Shown: positions 1 to 10,121, numbered from the stretch's first letter. The stretch is 64,000 bases of DNA from an uncultured bacterium (GCA_964396845.1 CAYNGH010000002.1:17760-81759); one strand, 5' to 3'. A program made the numbers and translations. The notes: generated by a model from the letters alone, not told the origin.

Positions 1-504
1 TTCTGTCCAGAAGCCGTAGAGCGATTCGATTGGGTGGTTGCATCTGAGATATGCGAAAAGTAAGATCCGCCTGGACTGCCGGGGGAAACTGGGACAATAC
101 CCACCCTGCCTGATCCGAGGAAATATATGACACCAGAAATGCAATCACCTGGGGATGTTCATTTCGAATGTTCTCAAACAACAGCTTTTTGTCAGCCTTA
201 TAAAGATAGTCCAGCACATAGAACTGTTCATCATCTCCCTGGATCTCAAACAATTCTGCGGGGATTTTTGAACGTTTGTCAGCCTTGAAATCCTTTCCCG
301 AAAGAAGCTCAACAAAATCCCTGAGAACTTCCTTCACCAGATCCGGTGTCAGATTGCCGATATCCGAGGAAACAACCTTCAATTCCTGGGCTAAACTTTT
401 ATCAAGCTGAGAAATCAGGATCTTTGCATCATCACCCAGCACCTTTAATAAAACAGCTGCTTTTTGTATTCCTGTCATTTTTTTCAAATCAGCCGACAAA
501 GGCA
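1..504 (-). CDS. fliG: Flagellar motor switch protein FliG, N-terminal part (gene continues beyond window start)
   Basis: Minus-strand translation from ATG at 504..502 gives MPLSADLKKMTGIQKAAVLLKVLGDDAKILISQLDKSLAQELK..., typical FliG N-terminus; immediately follows fliF stop; no stop before window edge. Confidence 0.85.
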
Positions 505-507
505 TTC

Positions 508-2112
508 TCAATTACCCCCTGCAGAAGCCCAATTTTCGAAGGCCCTGGCCACCAGTTTTGGATTTTCCTCAACAATCCCCTTGAGGGTACTTGACAATTC
601 AGCAACCACCGGATCTGATTCCACGGATCCCATATCGGAGCCTTCAGGCATCCCGGTCACAGAGGCCTCCCGAGGCACCTGCAACCCCATCGAATCTGAT
701 GCGCCAACCCTGACATCAATTGACGAAGGTCTTTCTTTCTTGCTTTTCTTGAACATACCCATAAGCATCAACAATATAATCAATGGAGCAAAGGCTGAAA
801 AAACCGGGGCTGCATACTTCCTGACAATGGACATAATTTCGTCAGCAGATTCCGCCCCGGTCAGAGGTTCAGGAATCTCAAACCCTATGGTCCTGATTGT
901 CAGAATATCTCCCCTGGCCTGGTCTATTCCTGCAATGGACGATATGACATCCTTGAGATCGGCAACCTGCTCAGGGGTAATATCCGAATTGCTGTCCACA
1001 AGAACCCCGATGGTCAGCCGTTTTACCTGGCCCGGAGTGATAGATTGGCTTTCTATAGTTTTGGAAATTTCATAATTTGTCGTTGTGCTTTTCTGTTGAT
1101 AAAGAGCATTGTCATCGCCGGCTCCAGCCAAAGGAAGGCGGGTTGCTCCCTGCACCGCCGGAGGTTCCTGTTCGAGGAGGTTCTTGTTGTTATAGTCTTC
1201 AATCATTGTTCTGGAGCTTCTCACCACCCCGACATTCCCATCAACCGGCTGGAATATTTCCTTCTGAATAGCCTTTTTCTCAGTTTCAATCTCCACATTA
1301 ACCTTTACAACCGCCTTACCCCGGCCCAGAACAGAGTTCAACAGACCATTGATCCTGGATTCATAACTTTTCTGCAGTTCATTGCGAATCCGCAACTGAT
1401 AAGTGGCAAGACCAAGATCCCCCTCCTGCAGAAATTCCGACAGAAGCCGGCCATCTGTGCTCATTATGGATATATTTTCAATTTTTAGTCCTTGAACCGT
1501 CCCAGCCACCAGCCGGGCAACCCCACGAACTTCCTCGTCGGATATCTGTTGACCGCCGGCCAGCTTCAATACCACCGATGCCGAGGGAGCCGTGTCTTCA
1601 TCCAGATAAATCCGGCGCTGGGGTATCGCCAGGTTTATCCGGCAATCCTCAACACTGTCAAGATGGCGGATAGTGTTGGACAATTCTCCCTGGAGTGCTC
1701 GGATATATTTGACATTTTCAGAGAAATCCGATGACTGGAAGTCGGATTTGTCGAACAATTCGAAACCGATGTTCCCACTCTGGGGAAGACCTGAACCCGC
1801 CAGATCCAGCCTCAGCTGGTGAAGCTGATCCGTTGGCACCAGGATGGTCCGGCCCCCGTCTTCAAGGCGATATGTGACCTTCTTGTCCTTGAGGGCAGTG
1901 GTAATCTTCCCGGCATCCTCAACAGAAAGGTTGCTGTATAATACCCTGAAGTTGGCGCGATTCATCCAGAAGGTAAAGACCACCATGGTAGAAATGATAA
2001 GAGCAAAAACCGCAAGAATTATCAGCTTCTGATTCGGATCCGAGTCCTTGAAATCCTGAATCTTCTGCTTCAGGGCATCCATGACTGTTTCTGGCTTTTC
2101 TGGCATATTCAC
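508..2112 (-). CDS. fliF: Flagellar M-ring protein FliF
   Basis: 534 aa; N-terminal TM (LIILAVFALIISTMVVFTFW), second TM near C-term (APLIILLMLMGMF), periplasmic ring-building region with FliF-type motifs. Confidence 0.9.
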   Translation of the reverse strand: MNMPEKPETVMDALKQKIQDFKDSDPNQKLIILAVFALIISTMVVFTFWMNRANFRVLYSNLSVEDAGKITTALKDKKVTYRLEDGGRTILVPTDQLHQLRLDLAGSGLPQSGNIGFELFDKSDFQSSDFSENVKYIRALQGELSNTIRHLDSVEDCRINLAIPQRRIYLDEDTAPSASVVLKLAGGQQISDEEVRGVARLVAGTVQGLKIENISIMSTDGRLLSEFLQEGDLGLATYQLRIRNELQKSYESRINGLLNSVLGRGKAVVKVNVEIETEKKAIQKEIFQPVDGNVGVVRSSRTMIEDYNNKNLLEQEPPAVQGATRLPLAGAGDDNALYQQKSTTTNYEISKTIESQSITPGQVKRLTIGVLVDSNSDITPEQVADLKDVISSIAGIDQARGDILTIRTIGFEIPEPLTGAESADEIMSIVRKYAAPVFSAFAPLIILLMLMGMFKKSKKERPSSIDVRVGASDSMGLQVPREASVTGMPEGSDMGSVESDPVVAELSSTLKGIVEENPKLVARAFENWASAGGN

Positions 2113-2127
2113 TCACCAACTGCAGAA

Positions 2128-2559
2128 TTATTTTCCAATGTCCAGTGCCCGCAGGAACATTTTCTTGGCTTCGTTAAAAGTCGTAAGATTCGCCTGGTAT
2201 GATCGGGAAGCAATGGTGGAAGCGACCATTTCATCAAGGATATTGATATCTGGATAATCCACGAAACCATTTTCATCCGCCACGGGATGGCCGGGGTCAT
2301 ACACCCTCCGGGGTTGGGACTCCACCTCATATATCCCGTCAATGGCTACTCCCCTGTCGGGAAATTCCCGGAATCCCCGGAGATAAGATCCGAAGCTTCC
2401 CTGGATGGGAGTGGTGACAACCCTGCGGGCCTGATAAAGAAACCCATCGGCAGAACGGGGGGAATTGATATTGGCAATGTTTTCCGATATGACCTCCAGC
2501 CTGCGCCTTTCAACATCCAGGGCGCTTCCGCTGGTATGAAGAGCATCAAACATTCCCAT
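2128..2559 (-). CDS. flgC: Flagellar basal-body rod protein FlgC
   Basis: 143 aa; MFDALHTSGSALDVERRRLEVISENIANINSP N-terminus and SYQANLTTFNEAKKMFLRALDIGK C-terminus are FlgC signatures. Confidence 0.9.
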   Translation of the reverse strand: MGMFDALHTSGSALDVERRRLEVISENIANINSPRSADGFLYQARRVVTTPIQGSFGSYLRGFREFPDRGVAIDGIYEVESQPRRVYDPGHPVADENGFVDYPDINILDEMVASTIASRSYQANLTTFNEAKKMFLRALDIGK

Positions 2560-2560
2560 C

Positions 2561-2974
2561 TTATTTGCCTCCTGTTATCGCCGTGGAGATCATCCGGTAT
2601 TTCCTTGCCAGCAGATCCGATGCCGCCCGATAAGTCAGGGAGTTGACAGTCTGGCTTATCATCTCTTCCTCTTCGGATCGGCGAACATTGCGAAGATGAA
2701 GCCGTAAAAACTGGCCGTCAAGATGAAAAGCCTCGTCATCCCTCAGGGACTGGGCCGGATAATGATCCTGATGGGTTGCCTCCAGGCCGGGATAGAGAAA
2801 ATCTCCCTGCCGGGCATCCCTGAGAAGCCCTATAAAATCAACATCCTGGGCCTGAAAGCCGGGGGTTTTCATGTTTGCCACATTATTTGAAAGGTAACGC
2901 TGACGAAGGTCTATCACATCCATCATGCGTCGCAGGCCCCTTGAACCCTCAGTTGTTATGAATCCGCCATTCAA
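2561..2974 (-). CDS. flgB: Flagellar basal-body rod protein FlgB
   Basis: 137 aa; rod-protein N-terminal motif (LRQRYLSNNVANMKTPGF), position next to flgC. Confidence 0.85.
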   Translation of the reverse strand: MNGGFITTEGSRGLRRMMDVIDLRQRYLSNNVANMKTPGFQAQDVDFIGLLRDARQGDFLYPGLEATHQDHYPAQSLRDDEAFHLDGQFLRLHLRNVRRSEEEEMISQTVNSLTYRAASDLLARKYRMISTAITGGK

Positions 2975-3008
2975 TCTAATCCCTCCTAAGAATTTCCCAC
3001 AAACGCGG

Positions 3009-3329
3009 TTACATCTGCATACGCATAATCTCCTGGTATGCTTCCACTGCTTTATTTCTCACCTGCACTGCCAGCTTCAAAGACAAAAATGCCTCCTCCA
3101 TGTCAATCACAACCTTGTGGATGCTGTCGGTATCGCCAACGGAAAAACGTTCTGCTGATTCTGCTGCTTTGATCTGCATATGGTTTACGTTTTTAAACGC
3201 CTCCTTGATTGGATTGAATTTCTGATGACCTTCTCCGGGGGATAATCCCCCAGGGGGCTTTAGAATCCCCGTCCTGTCGGGGATAAGGTTGTTGACATCA
3301 CCAATGATGTTGACTGGACTGATATTCAT
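3009..3329 (-). CDS. fliE: Flagellar hook-basal body complex protein FliE
   Basis: 106 aa; C-terminal LAVQVRNKAVEAYQEIMRMQM matches the FliE signature; SD GAGGGTGA upstream. Confidence 0.8.
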   Translation of the reverse strand: MNISPVNIIGDVNNLIPDRTGILKPPGGLSPGEGHQKFNPIKEAFKNVNHMQIKAAESAERFSVGDTDSIHKVVIDMEEAFLSLKLAVQVRNKAVEAYQEIMRMQM

Positions 3330-3665
3330 CTGCTCACCCTCTAATCGGCATACCTGCTGGAGTTACTGGTTTTCCACTGCTGTCGTTATTTACAGAGTCA
3401 ACCATGGATCCTTTGTGTTAAATTGACCAGATAAGTCAAACCAATTGTTAATACTATGGCCTGTAGTCCAATAACAATCGAATACAGATCAATTTATCCC
3501 GAAATACCCTGTGTTGACACTTAAACCTAAAGGATTAGGAAAATCATACTAAAGTATTATTTAATCAAATTGGTTTTGGGCGAAGAACAGGTCTGCCGGT
3601 GTTATTGGAGGAGTTGTGAAGGATGCAGAAGAAAGATAAAAAAAACCGGGAAGGTTATTGACACA

Positions 3666-6600
3666 ATGAATATCAATTTTGACGATCTGTCTGCTGAAGC
3701 AAGAACCGACAAAGCCAGCCTTTATCTTCTGATATGCCAGAAAGCCATGGAGGCCTTTTCTGCAAACTCGGTTTTTTTTATAAGGGCATCAGGCGACGGA
3801 GAACTGAATGTGGAAAGCTCCATCGGCAAGGATCCTGAGGAAAGGCTATATAAAGACGCTCTTCTTCCCATCGTGGAAAAAGGGGTGTATGAAAACCGGG
3901 CTCCTATGATTGTAACCGATACATCCAAGGATCCACGGTTTCTTGTTCATTACAAATCAGAACTTCCCGGTTACTCACTGCTTTCATTTCCCATAATCAC
4001 CAGGGATATGGTCACAGGGATTTTAACCCTTTACCGACCTCCGGGGAAGGCATTCGGCAGCAACTCTATCGGCAGAATCCACAAGTTTTCCGGCTGGGCA
4101 GGACAGCTTCTGGAACGGGGGCTTCAGCTGGAGTCATTTCGTCACAATCAACAGAAACTTGACATATTGAGCCGCCTGACCCGCACCATATCTTCTGTTC
4201 AGGAATTGGACAAGGCTGCGGAGTTTACCAGCAGTATCATATCAGAGGTCTTAGGAGTCGATTGCCGTGTGGTTTTTTTCAAGGATGACCAGGACTGGAA
4301 CCACCTGTCCCAGGACATCCGCAGAATCCTGGCCCGGGGTGTTCCATCGGTAACCGGCAGAAACAACGAAGGGCGCCAGTTAGTGGCCCCCATAACATAC
4401 CAGGAGCTGATGCCCGGATACCTGGAGATTTGCGGAAGAGAGGTCAGGGATTTCACAGACCTGGCCAAGACTGTTTCCATCCTCCTGGGATCCACTGCCC
4501 GGAGGATCCTCTTAGATGAGGAGATTGATTCCAACCGGGACAAGATAGAAGCCCTGGAAGAGATTGCCAACTATGAACTTTCCGGAGTTCTTTCATCATC
4601 ATCGGATCTTGACACCATTCTGGATTCCACCCAGGAGCTTATTGTTCACCTCCTGCGGGTGGAAAGGGTCAACGTGATGCTTTATGACAACACCACAGAA
4701 ACTCTTAAAGTCGCCAAATACTGGGGAATTGACGATCGTCCTTTTGGCCGGGAGGTCCTCAGCATTGGAGAAGGCCTGGCAGGACATGCCCTGTTGACCG
4801 GAAAGCCCCAGTATAAGCGCAGTGAACCTGACGGCATCTTTGTGGAATCGCCCCAGGGACAGGAAGAAGTCCGTTCTCTTGTTTCCTACCCCATGATTGT
4901 GGAAGGACGCAGGGTAGGGGTTATAAATGTTGGGAGCATCTACCACGACAAGATTTTTGATGAGCAGGACATCCGGATTGTATCCCTTATTGCTTCCAGA
5001 GCAGCCCTGGCCCTGGAAAACTCCTACCTTGCCCAGGAACAAAAACAGCTGATTCTTGAAAAGACCGACAACAACAAAAAACTCAAGGAAAAAAACCTTC
5101 AACTGACAGAACGGGGGAGAAGACTCTCGGAAACAACCCGGAAACTTCAGTTATCTCTCAAGGCTACCGAGAGAATCAACACCCGGCTGGCTCAGCTCAA
5201 CCGACTTTCAAACCGGATCATCGGCAGCCGGCATCCCGGCTACATAATGGATTCAGCCCTGGAATTCACAGAAAACCTCGTCCCCCGGCATGCCAGGGTC
5301 ATATCCCTGGTCACCTTCACCCAGGATGGAGGCGCCGAACAAGTGCGCATTGCCCAGAACGTCCCCGGCAGATACGCCCTGTTTCTCAGAAAGTTTTTCA
5401 ACAACATGCCCCAGTCCCTTTACAGAGTTCTTGTTCAGGAAAAAAAGAGCATAATTCTCCACGATTTCCGCAGTCATCCCGATGTGGAAAAACTCCGGCT
5501 GATGCAGGAACTCCGTTCCTTCTACTGTTTTCCCCTTTTCAACAACGAAAGAACCTTTGGCACATTGATACTGGGGAGCACAAAAGAACATCTCCTGGAT
5601 GATGAAGATATTGAATTTGTTTCAGCCATGGTGAACCAGGTAGCTCTATCCCTGGACAATGCCGACAAGTATTCCGAGATGCGCCGGCGTTCGGATATGC
5701 TCTCTCAGCTTAACCAGCTTACCGGTGAGATTATTTTTTCCCGGGAAAAGGGCAACCGTATGGATCCCCTGGTGGAAATGACCTGCAAACTGATGGATCA
5801 GCAGTTCGGCATTCTTCTGCTTTATAACCGGTGGGGACAGCTGGAGGTAAATGCCCGGTATGGCCGGCAGGACATATTCGACGAACATCTTAAAAATCAG
5901 GAAATCCAGATGATTATCGAAGAAGTAATCCGCCGGAGGCAGATATATTATTCTTCCACCGACTATGAACAGCTGGTGAAACGTTACTCCCTTCTGGCCC
6001 GGACGGGGATTAAATCCCTGGTGATCCTGCCTCTGATTTCCAAGGGAAACCCTATCGGAGCAATGCTGGTAAGCTCCGACAATCCCCAGGCCCACACCAA
6101 GACCATTCTTGAATACTACAAGCTTTTAGCCTCCCATCTGGCCCTGACCATAGACAACGCCCTTCTGATGTCCCGGATCCTTCTGGAGAAGGATCGCATC
6201 GACTCGGTCTTTGAGAGCATGAAAGAAGGGGTTGTTTCCATCGACTGGGAGCGGAAGATAACGGCCTTCAACCGTGCAGCGGTGGAAATCACCGGTTATT
6301 CCGAGGAAGAGGCTCTGGGCAAGTTCTGTCACGAAATATTCCGGTGCAAGGACACTCCCGGTGAGAAGTGTGTTGATGTTTGTCCCCTGATGGACCTGCT
6401 CAACTCCATGGCCCAGGAGCCTGCCGCGGGCCGTAACGAGGGAAAATTTAAAATGAAGGACGGAACGTGGCGGGACTTGATGGTTACTTCTTCACTGCTG
6501 TCACAAGACGGCGATCCCGTAGGAGGGGTGCTGGTATTCCGGGACATTACCCAGGAGAAGGCTTTCCAGGCCAGGCGTTCCGATTATCTGGCTGCAATTT

Positions 6601-7289
6601 CCCACGACATTTTTACTCCCCTGACAGCCATGAAGGGGTATGTCACAACCCTTCTGCTTCATCAGGATCGTTTTGATGAAAACATGCAGAAGGAATTTAT
6701 GAGGGTCATCAACAGCGAAATTGATCGAATGACCCGGCTGTTATACAATCTTATGAGCCTGTCCCGGATGGAATCAGACAAACTGCAGGCTGTCCCCACC
6801 CCGCAAAGCCTTGAGGGACTGATTCAAAAAATCGTGGATCTCTACTCCCTGAGCGCAAGAAACCACGATATTGCATTAGATCCCTCCGTTGGGGAAATGC
6901 CCTCGGTTTATGCTGATCCCGACCAGGTGGAACAGATCCTGAGCAATCTTTTAAGCAACGCCATCAAGTATTCCCCCGGGGGTGGAAAAATCATAATTCG
7001 CGCCAGAGAAGAACAAGATGGAATGATAGCTGTATCAGTGAGGGATCATGGAATAGGTGTCGAGGAAAAGGACCTGGATCGGATTTTTGATCGTTACCAG
7101 CGGGTTATCACAAAGAAATCCAGGGCAGTATCAGGAATGGGGCTGGGGCTTTTCATAACAAAAGTACTCACGGAAATGCAGGGAGGAACTATATGGGCCG
7201 AAAGGTGCCATGACGGCGGGACCCTGTTCACCTTTACCCTGAGAAAATTCGGCCCTGACATATTTGATGACGATGAGGATGAAGAATGA
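3666..7289 (+). CDS. Multi-GAF / PAS sensor histidine kinase (HisKA + HATPase_c), acidic C-terminal tail
   Basis: ORF 3570..7289; preferred start ATG 3666 (MNINFDD, GGGAAGG SD). The Cys-rich 32-aa N-terminal extension is probably not translated. Several GAF-like segments, a coiled coil, a PAS segment (VVSIDWERKITAFNRAAVEITGYSEEEALG), an H-box (ISHDIFTPLTAMKGY) and N/G1/G2 boxes (LLSNAIKYS, RDHGIGV, GMGLGL). Confidence 0.85.
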   Translation: MNINFDDLSAEARTDKASLYLLICQKAMEAFSANSVFFIRASGDGELNVESSIGKDPEERLYKDALLPIVEKGVYENRAPMIVTDTSKDPRFLVHYKSELPGYSLLSFPIITRDMVTGILTLYRPPGKAFGSNSIGRIHKFSGWAGQLLERGLQLESFRHNQQKLDILSRLTRTISSVQELDKAAEFTSSIISEVLGVDCRVVFFKDDQDWNHLSQDIRRILARGVPSVTGRNNEGRQLVAPITYQELMPGYLEICGREVRDFTDLAKTVSILLGSTARRILLDEEIDSNRDKIEALEEIANYELSGVLSSSSDLDTILDSTQELIVHLLRVERVNVMLYDNTTETLKVAKYWGIDDRPFGREVLSIGEGLAGHALLTGKPQYKRSEPDGIFVESPQGQEEVRSLVSYPMIVEGRRVGVINVGSIYHDKIFDEQDIRIVSLIASRAALALENSYLAQEQKQLILEKTDNNKKLKEKNLQLTERGRRLSETTRKLQLSLKATERINTRLAQLNRLSNRIIGSRHPGYIMDSALEFTENLVPRHARVISLVTFTQDGGAEQVRIAQNVPGRYALFLRKFFNNMPQSLYRVLVQEKKSIILHDFRSHPDVEKLRLMQELRSFYCFPLFNNERTFGTLILGSTKEHLLDDEDIEFVSAMVNQVALSLDNADKYSEMRRRSDMLSQLNQLTGEIIFSREKGNRMDPLVEMTCKLMDQQFGILLLYNRWGQLEVNARYGRQDIFDEHLKNQEIQMIIEEVIRRRQIYYSSTDYEQLVKRYSLLARTGIKSLVILPLISKGNPIGAMLVSSDNPQAHTKTILEYYKLLASHLALTIDNALLMSRILLEKDRIDSVFESMKEGVVSIDWERKITAFNRAAVEITGYSEEEALGKFCHEIFRCKDTPGEKCVDVCPLMDLLNSMAQEPAAGRNEGKFKMKDGTWRDLMVTSSLLSQDGDPVGGVLVFRDITQEKAFQARRSDYLAAISHDIFTPLTAMKGYVTTLLLHQDRFDENMQKEFMRVINSEIDRMTRLLYNLMSLSRMESDKLQAVPTPQSLEGLIQKIVDLYSLSARNHDIALDPSVGEMPSVYADPDQVEQILSNLLSNAIKYSPGGGKIIIRAREEQDGMIAVSVRDHGIGVEEKDLDRIFDRYQRVITKKSRAVSGMGLGLFITKVLTEMQGGTIWAERCHDGGTLFTFTLRKFGPDIFDDDEDEE

Positions 7290-7312
7290 CGCACATTGGC
7301 CTGCGGGGGATT

Positions 7313-7750
7313 CTATTGAATTTTTCCCCGGAAGGTCTTTGATATGACCTTCTTTATCATCAAGGCAGCATCTATAGGCTTAAAGGGCTTCACGATAAAA
7401 TACTTGGCCCCGTTGACAATGGCTTCCTTGACCTTGTCCTGATAACCCAGGGAGCTTATCATGATGATTGTGGCATTGGGATCGATGGAAACAAGGTGTT
7501 TGACTGCTTCAACCCCGGTCATGTTGGGCATCACAATATCCAAAGTCACAATGTCGGGACGTGTTTTCTTATAAACCTCAATGGCCTGAAGGCCGTCTTC
7601 TGCTTCTCCCACCACCTCGCCCTTCATCAGTCGAACAACAATCTTCAGACTCCGCCGGATAAATTCAGAGTCATCCACAACCATGAATCGAAAAGGGGAG
7701 CCATCCTTCTTGAATATCTGCGCCTCGCTGTTAGAGGTATCAATAGTCAT
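7313..7750 (-). CDS. cheY: CheY-like single-domain response regulator
   Basis: 145 aa receiver domain (MVVDDSEFIRRSL..., DIVTLDIVMPNMTGVEAV..., conserved K in FIVKPF); last gene of the che operon. Confidence 0.8.
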   Translation of the reverse strand: MTIDTSNSEAQIFKKDGSPFRFMVVDDSEFIRRSLKIVVRLMKGEVVGEAEDGLQAIEVYKKTRPDIVTLDIVMPNMTGVEAVKHLVSIDPNATIIMISSLGYQDKVKEAIVNGAKYFIVKPFKPIDAALMIKKVISKTFRGKIQ

Positions 7751-7768
7751 TTCAACAATCTCCTCTCA

Positions 7769-8275
7769 TCAGTTTGCCTTTATTTTAAGAGCAATGTTCA
7801 CATTCAGATCCCCGTGGGGTGTGCTCAAGGGGATAATTATAGTATCAAGGGTCGAGTCGGTGGTCTGCATATCCTTACCGCATAAAAGCACCGGGGGAGT
7901 GATGTTGAACTTGCTTCCGCCGTCATTCAGGGTGGTTATGGCCTTGCCCACGATGATGTTGGCCAGTTCGTTGATGGTTGCCTTTGCAAGGCTGTTGAAG
8001 GAATCCAGCTCCTCATAATTCATGGCTCCGGCAATAGTCCTGGCAGATTCTTCGGACATATCCAGGATAAATCTCCCCTCAACCTCCCCGATAAGGCCGA
8101 TGATGACAGCCACTCCATTCATGGGAACCGGCGATTTCTTCATCACCGGCTTTCCCGGCGTTATAGGGCCTTCAAGCATCTCCTTGAGAACATCATAAGC
8201 GCCCTGGGCAAAGGGCTTGGCATATTTTTTTACCATTTGCATTCTCCCTTCATACAGTTTCCAGAATACCGGCAT
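7769..8275 (-). CDS. cheX: CheC/CheX-family chemotaxis phosphatase (CheX-like)
   Basis: 168 aa; has the CheC/CheX consensus E-x-x-N-I-x-x-G (INELANIIVGKA); size and single motif fit CheX. Alternative start at the second Met (8242) would reduce the overlap with the upstream gene. Confidence 0.65.
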   Translation of the reverse strand: MPVFWKLYEGRMQMVKKYAKPFAQGAYDVLKEMLEGPITPGKPVMKKSPVPMNGVAVIIGLIGEVEGRFILDMSEESARTIAGAMNYEELDSFNSLAKATINELANIIVGKAITTLNDGGSKFNITPPVLLCGKDMQTTDSTLDTIIIPLSTPHGDLNVNIALKIKAN

Positions 8276-10121
8276 TAGACTTGAAGAAGGACAGAGGATT
8301 GATCACCAGCACTACCCTGCCATCTCCCATAACTGTAGCGCCGATGACATAATCAGTGTCGAAGAAGAGATCGTCAAGCTTTTTTACCAGAACCTTGTCT
8401 TCTCCCAGAACGCCATCTACAAGGATTGCCGCGTACCTGTCACTGTCGGATATTATCACCGACATCCGTCCCGTTTCATCCCCATCAACGGGGTCAGATT
8501 CCATCATATCACCCTTCAGGCCCACCTCCATCAGAGTCACAACTCTGTCGGCATAACAGATCACTTTTTGTCTGTTCACAGTCTTGACCTGTCGGGATTT
8601 TAGTTTCAGAATCTTTTCGATGCAGGCCACCGGAACGGCAAATATGTTATCTCCCTTTTTAAAATAGATAACTTCAACCCTGGATGAATCGATGGGAACC
8701 TGAAAACTGCAGAGTCCCCGGTTTTGATTATTATGATACACATTCAGCCGGCCACTGATGGAATTGAGGATATTGTTCACATGATCTATTCCCTTGAAGC
8801 TGAATTTCTCATCATCGCATATTAGGGTAATTATAATATCAGAATCCCGGTATTGAGATAAAATCTTTATATTCAGCGATTCTTTTCCTGATGACAACCT
8901 CTGAATGATATCGGCGACAATATTATCCAGAACAATCTCAATGGCAACCGCCAGTTTTTTCCACATTTCAAGATCAATCTCAATGTCTGTTTCTTCTATA
9001 TTCAGTTTCACATCGGTATTGTGCTTCCGGGACAGGTCCCTGGCCAGCCTGTTGAAGCGGGCCAGTTCCTTGTTCAGTGACACCTTCCTTATGCTTATGA
9101 CTTTTTTTTCCAGCAAAAGGGTGAGTTTATCCATATTTCGAGAAAGCAGATTCAGTTTCTTTATAACAGGATGATATGGATTTGAACGGCTAATCTTGTC
9201 GATCAGGTTAATAAAATGAGATTTTCCCACAAACATTTCTTCAACCAGGCTCATCATCTCGTCAATATTGTGGATGGGAATCCTTACGAAGAAGTTTTCT
9301 TCTTCGCTTCTTTCTGGTTTCTCCGACATTGGTCTTTCTGTCGGGGCTTCATTGACATCAACGGCAGGCCCTATGGGTCTGTTTTCCTGTTTTCCTCGGC
9401 TTTCCTGAATGACAATGCCAATCTCTGTCATCATGGGAATTTCTGTAAGCTCCAGAACAGTATCAATATTTTCCCGTGGATCAAAAAGAATTAGGGTAAA
9501 GAAATCCACTTCCTCGATGGCAGGATCCTCTGGCGAGGGTTCAACCCAGGCCACATCACCAATCTCCTCAAGATTGGACACGACAAGAAATGCGCTGGAT
9601 GACTTCATCAGGCAATCAGAGTCAAAAGGCACCTTGATAACCAGAACGCTTCTGCCTTCTTCCATTCCTTTTCGTGCAGTTTCTTCAATATTGCGGGGCA
9701 TCGTCAGAGCTGTCGCTTCACAGCTTTGTCCTGTCTTTCCCGCCGGCGACTCTTTGAGGTTTTTCAGTAGTCCTGAATAATTTTTTGGCAATGGGCTGTT
9801 GGAAATTTCTGCGTGGGAGAGGGCTTTCAGGCAATCGGTAGCTTCAAAGAACAAATTGATTTGTTGAGAATCGCATTTTATTTTACCATTGCGTATCTGG
9901 TCAAGACGATCCTCCAGGGCATGGGCCAGCATATTGGTGGCATCCAGATTCATCATTCCCGCGGATCCCTTTAAGGTGTGCACCGGTCGAAATATTGAAT
10001 TTATTACCGCAGTGCTTGATGGATCTTTTTCAAGGATCAAGAGGTTGGAGTCGATGGCATCAAACAGCTCTTCGACCTCATCCTGGAAAGTCTGCATCAG
10101 CTCCATCATGTATGAGTCCAT
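8250..10121 (-). CDS. CheA-like protein with intact Hpt (P1) domain, dimerisation (P3)-like region, degenerate ATPase (P4)-like region and CheW-like P5
   Basis: P1 motif VHTLKGSAGMM with the phosphorylatable His. A P3-like segment (FVRIPIHNIDEMMSLVEEMFVGKSHF). Where N/G1/G2 boxes are expected the sequence reads IVLDNIVADII / ICDDEKFSF with no GxGxG. C-terminal CheW-like domain (IFAVPVACIEKI..., GDGRVVLVINP). Confidence 0.75.
   Translation of the reverse strand: MDSYMMELMQTFQDEVEELFDAIDSNLLILEKDPSSTAVINSIFRPVHTLKGSAGMMNLDATNMLAHALEDRLDQIRNGKIKCDSQQINLFFEATDCLKALSHAEISNSPLPKNYSGLLKNLKESPAGKTGQSCEATALTMPRNIEETARKGMEEGRSVLVIKVPFDSDCLMKSSSAFLVVSNLEEIGDVAWVEPSPEDPAIEEVDFFTLILFDPRENIDTVLELTEIPMMTEIGIVIQESRGKQENRPIGPAVDVNEAPTERPMSEKPERSEEENFFVRIPIHNIDEMMSLVEEMFVGKSHFINLIDKISRSNPYHPVIKKLNLLSRNMDKLTLLLEKKVISIRKVSLNKELARFNRLARDLSRKHNTDVKLNIEETDIEIDLEMWKKLAVAIEIVLDNIVADIIQRLSSGKESLNIKILSQYRDSDIIITLICDDEKFSFKGIDHVNNILNSISGRLNVYHNNQNRGLCSFQVPIDSSRVEVIYFKKGDNIFAVPVACIEKILKLKSRQVKTVNRQKVICYADRVVTLMEVGLKGDMMESDPVDGDETGRMSVIISDSDRYAAILVDGVLGEDKVLVKKLDDLFFDTDYVIGATVMGDGRVVLVINPLSFFKSNAGILETV

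Noticed and set aside
464-1488. Numerous + strand ORFs antisense to fliF, the MCP (18741-19412), CheA (8905-9780) and others
   Set aside because: All are embedded in opposite-strand genes with strong homology-type evidence and have low-complexity or Ser/Arg-rich translations typical of antisense frames
3336-3343. sigma-28-like -10 element GCCGATTA upstream of fliE
   Set aside because: It lies only ~12 nt from the start codon and overlaps the SD region, and no properly spaced TAAA -35 is present; probably coincidental
3570-3665. Cys-rich 32-aa N-terminal extension of the histidine kinase (MVLGEEQVCRCYWRSCEGCRRK...)
   Set aside because: No SD; the internal ATG at 3666 has an RBS and begins a sensible protein; the extension is probably untranslated leader
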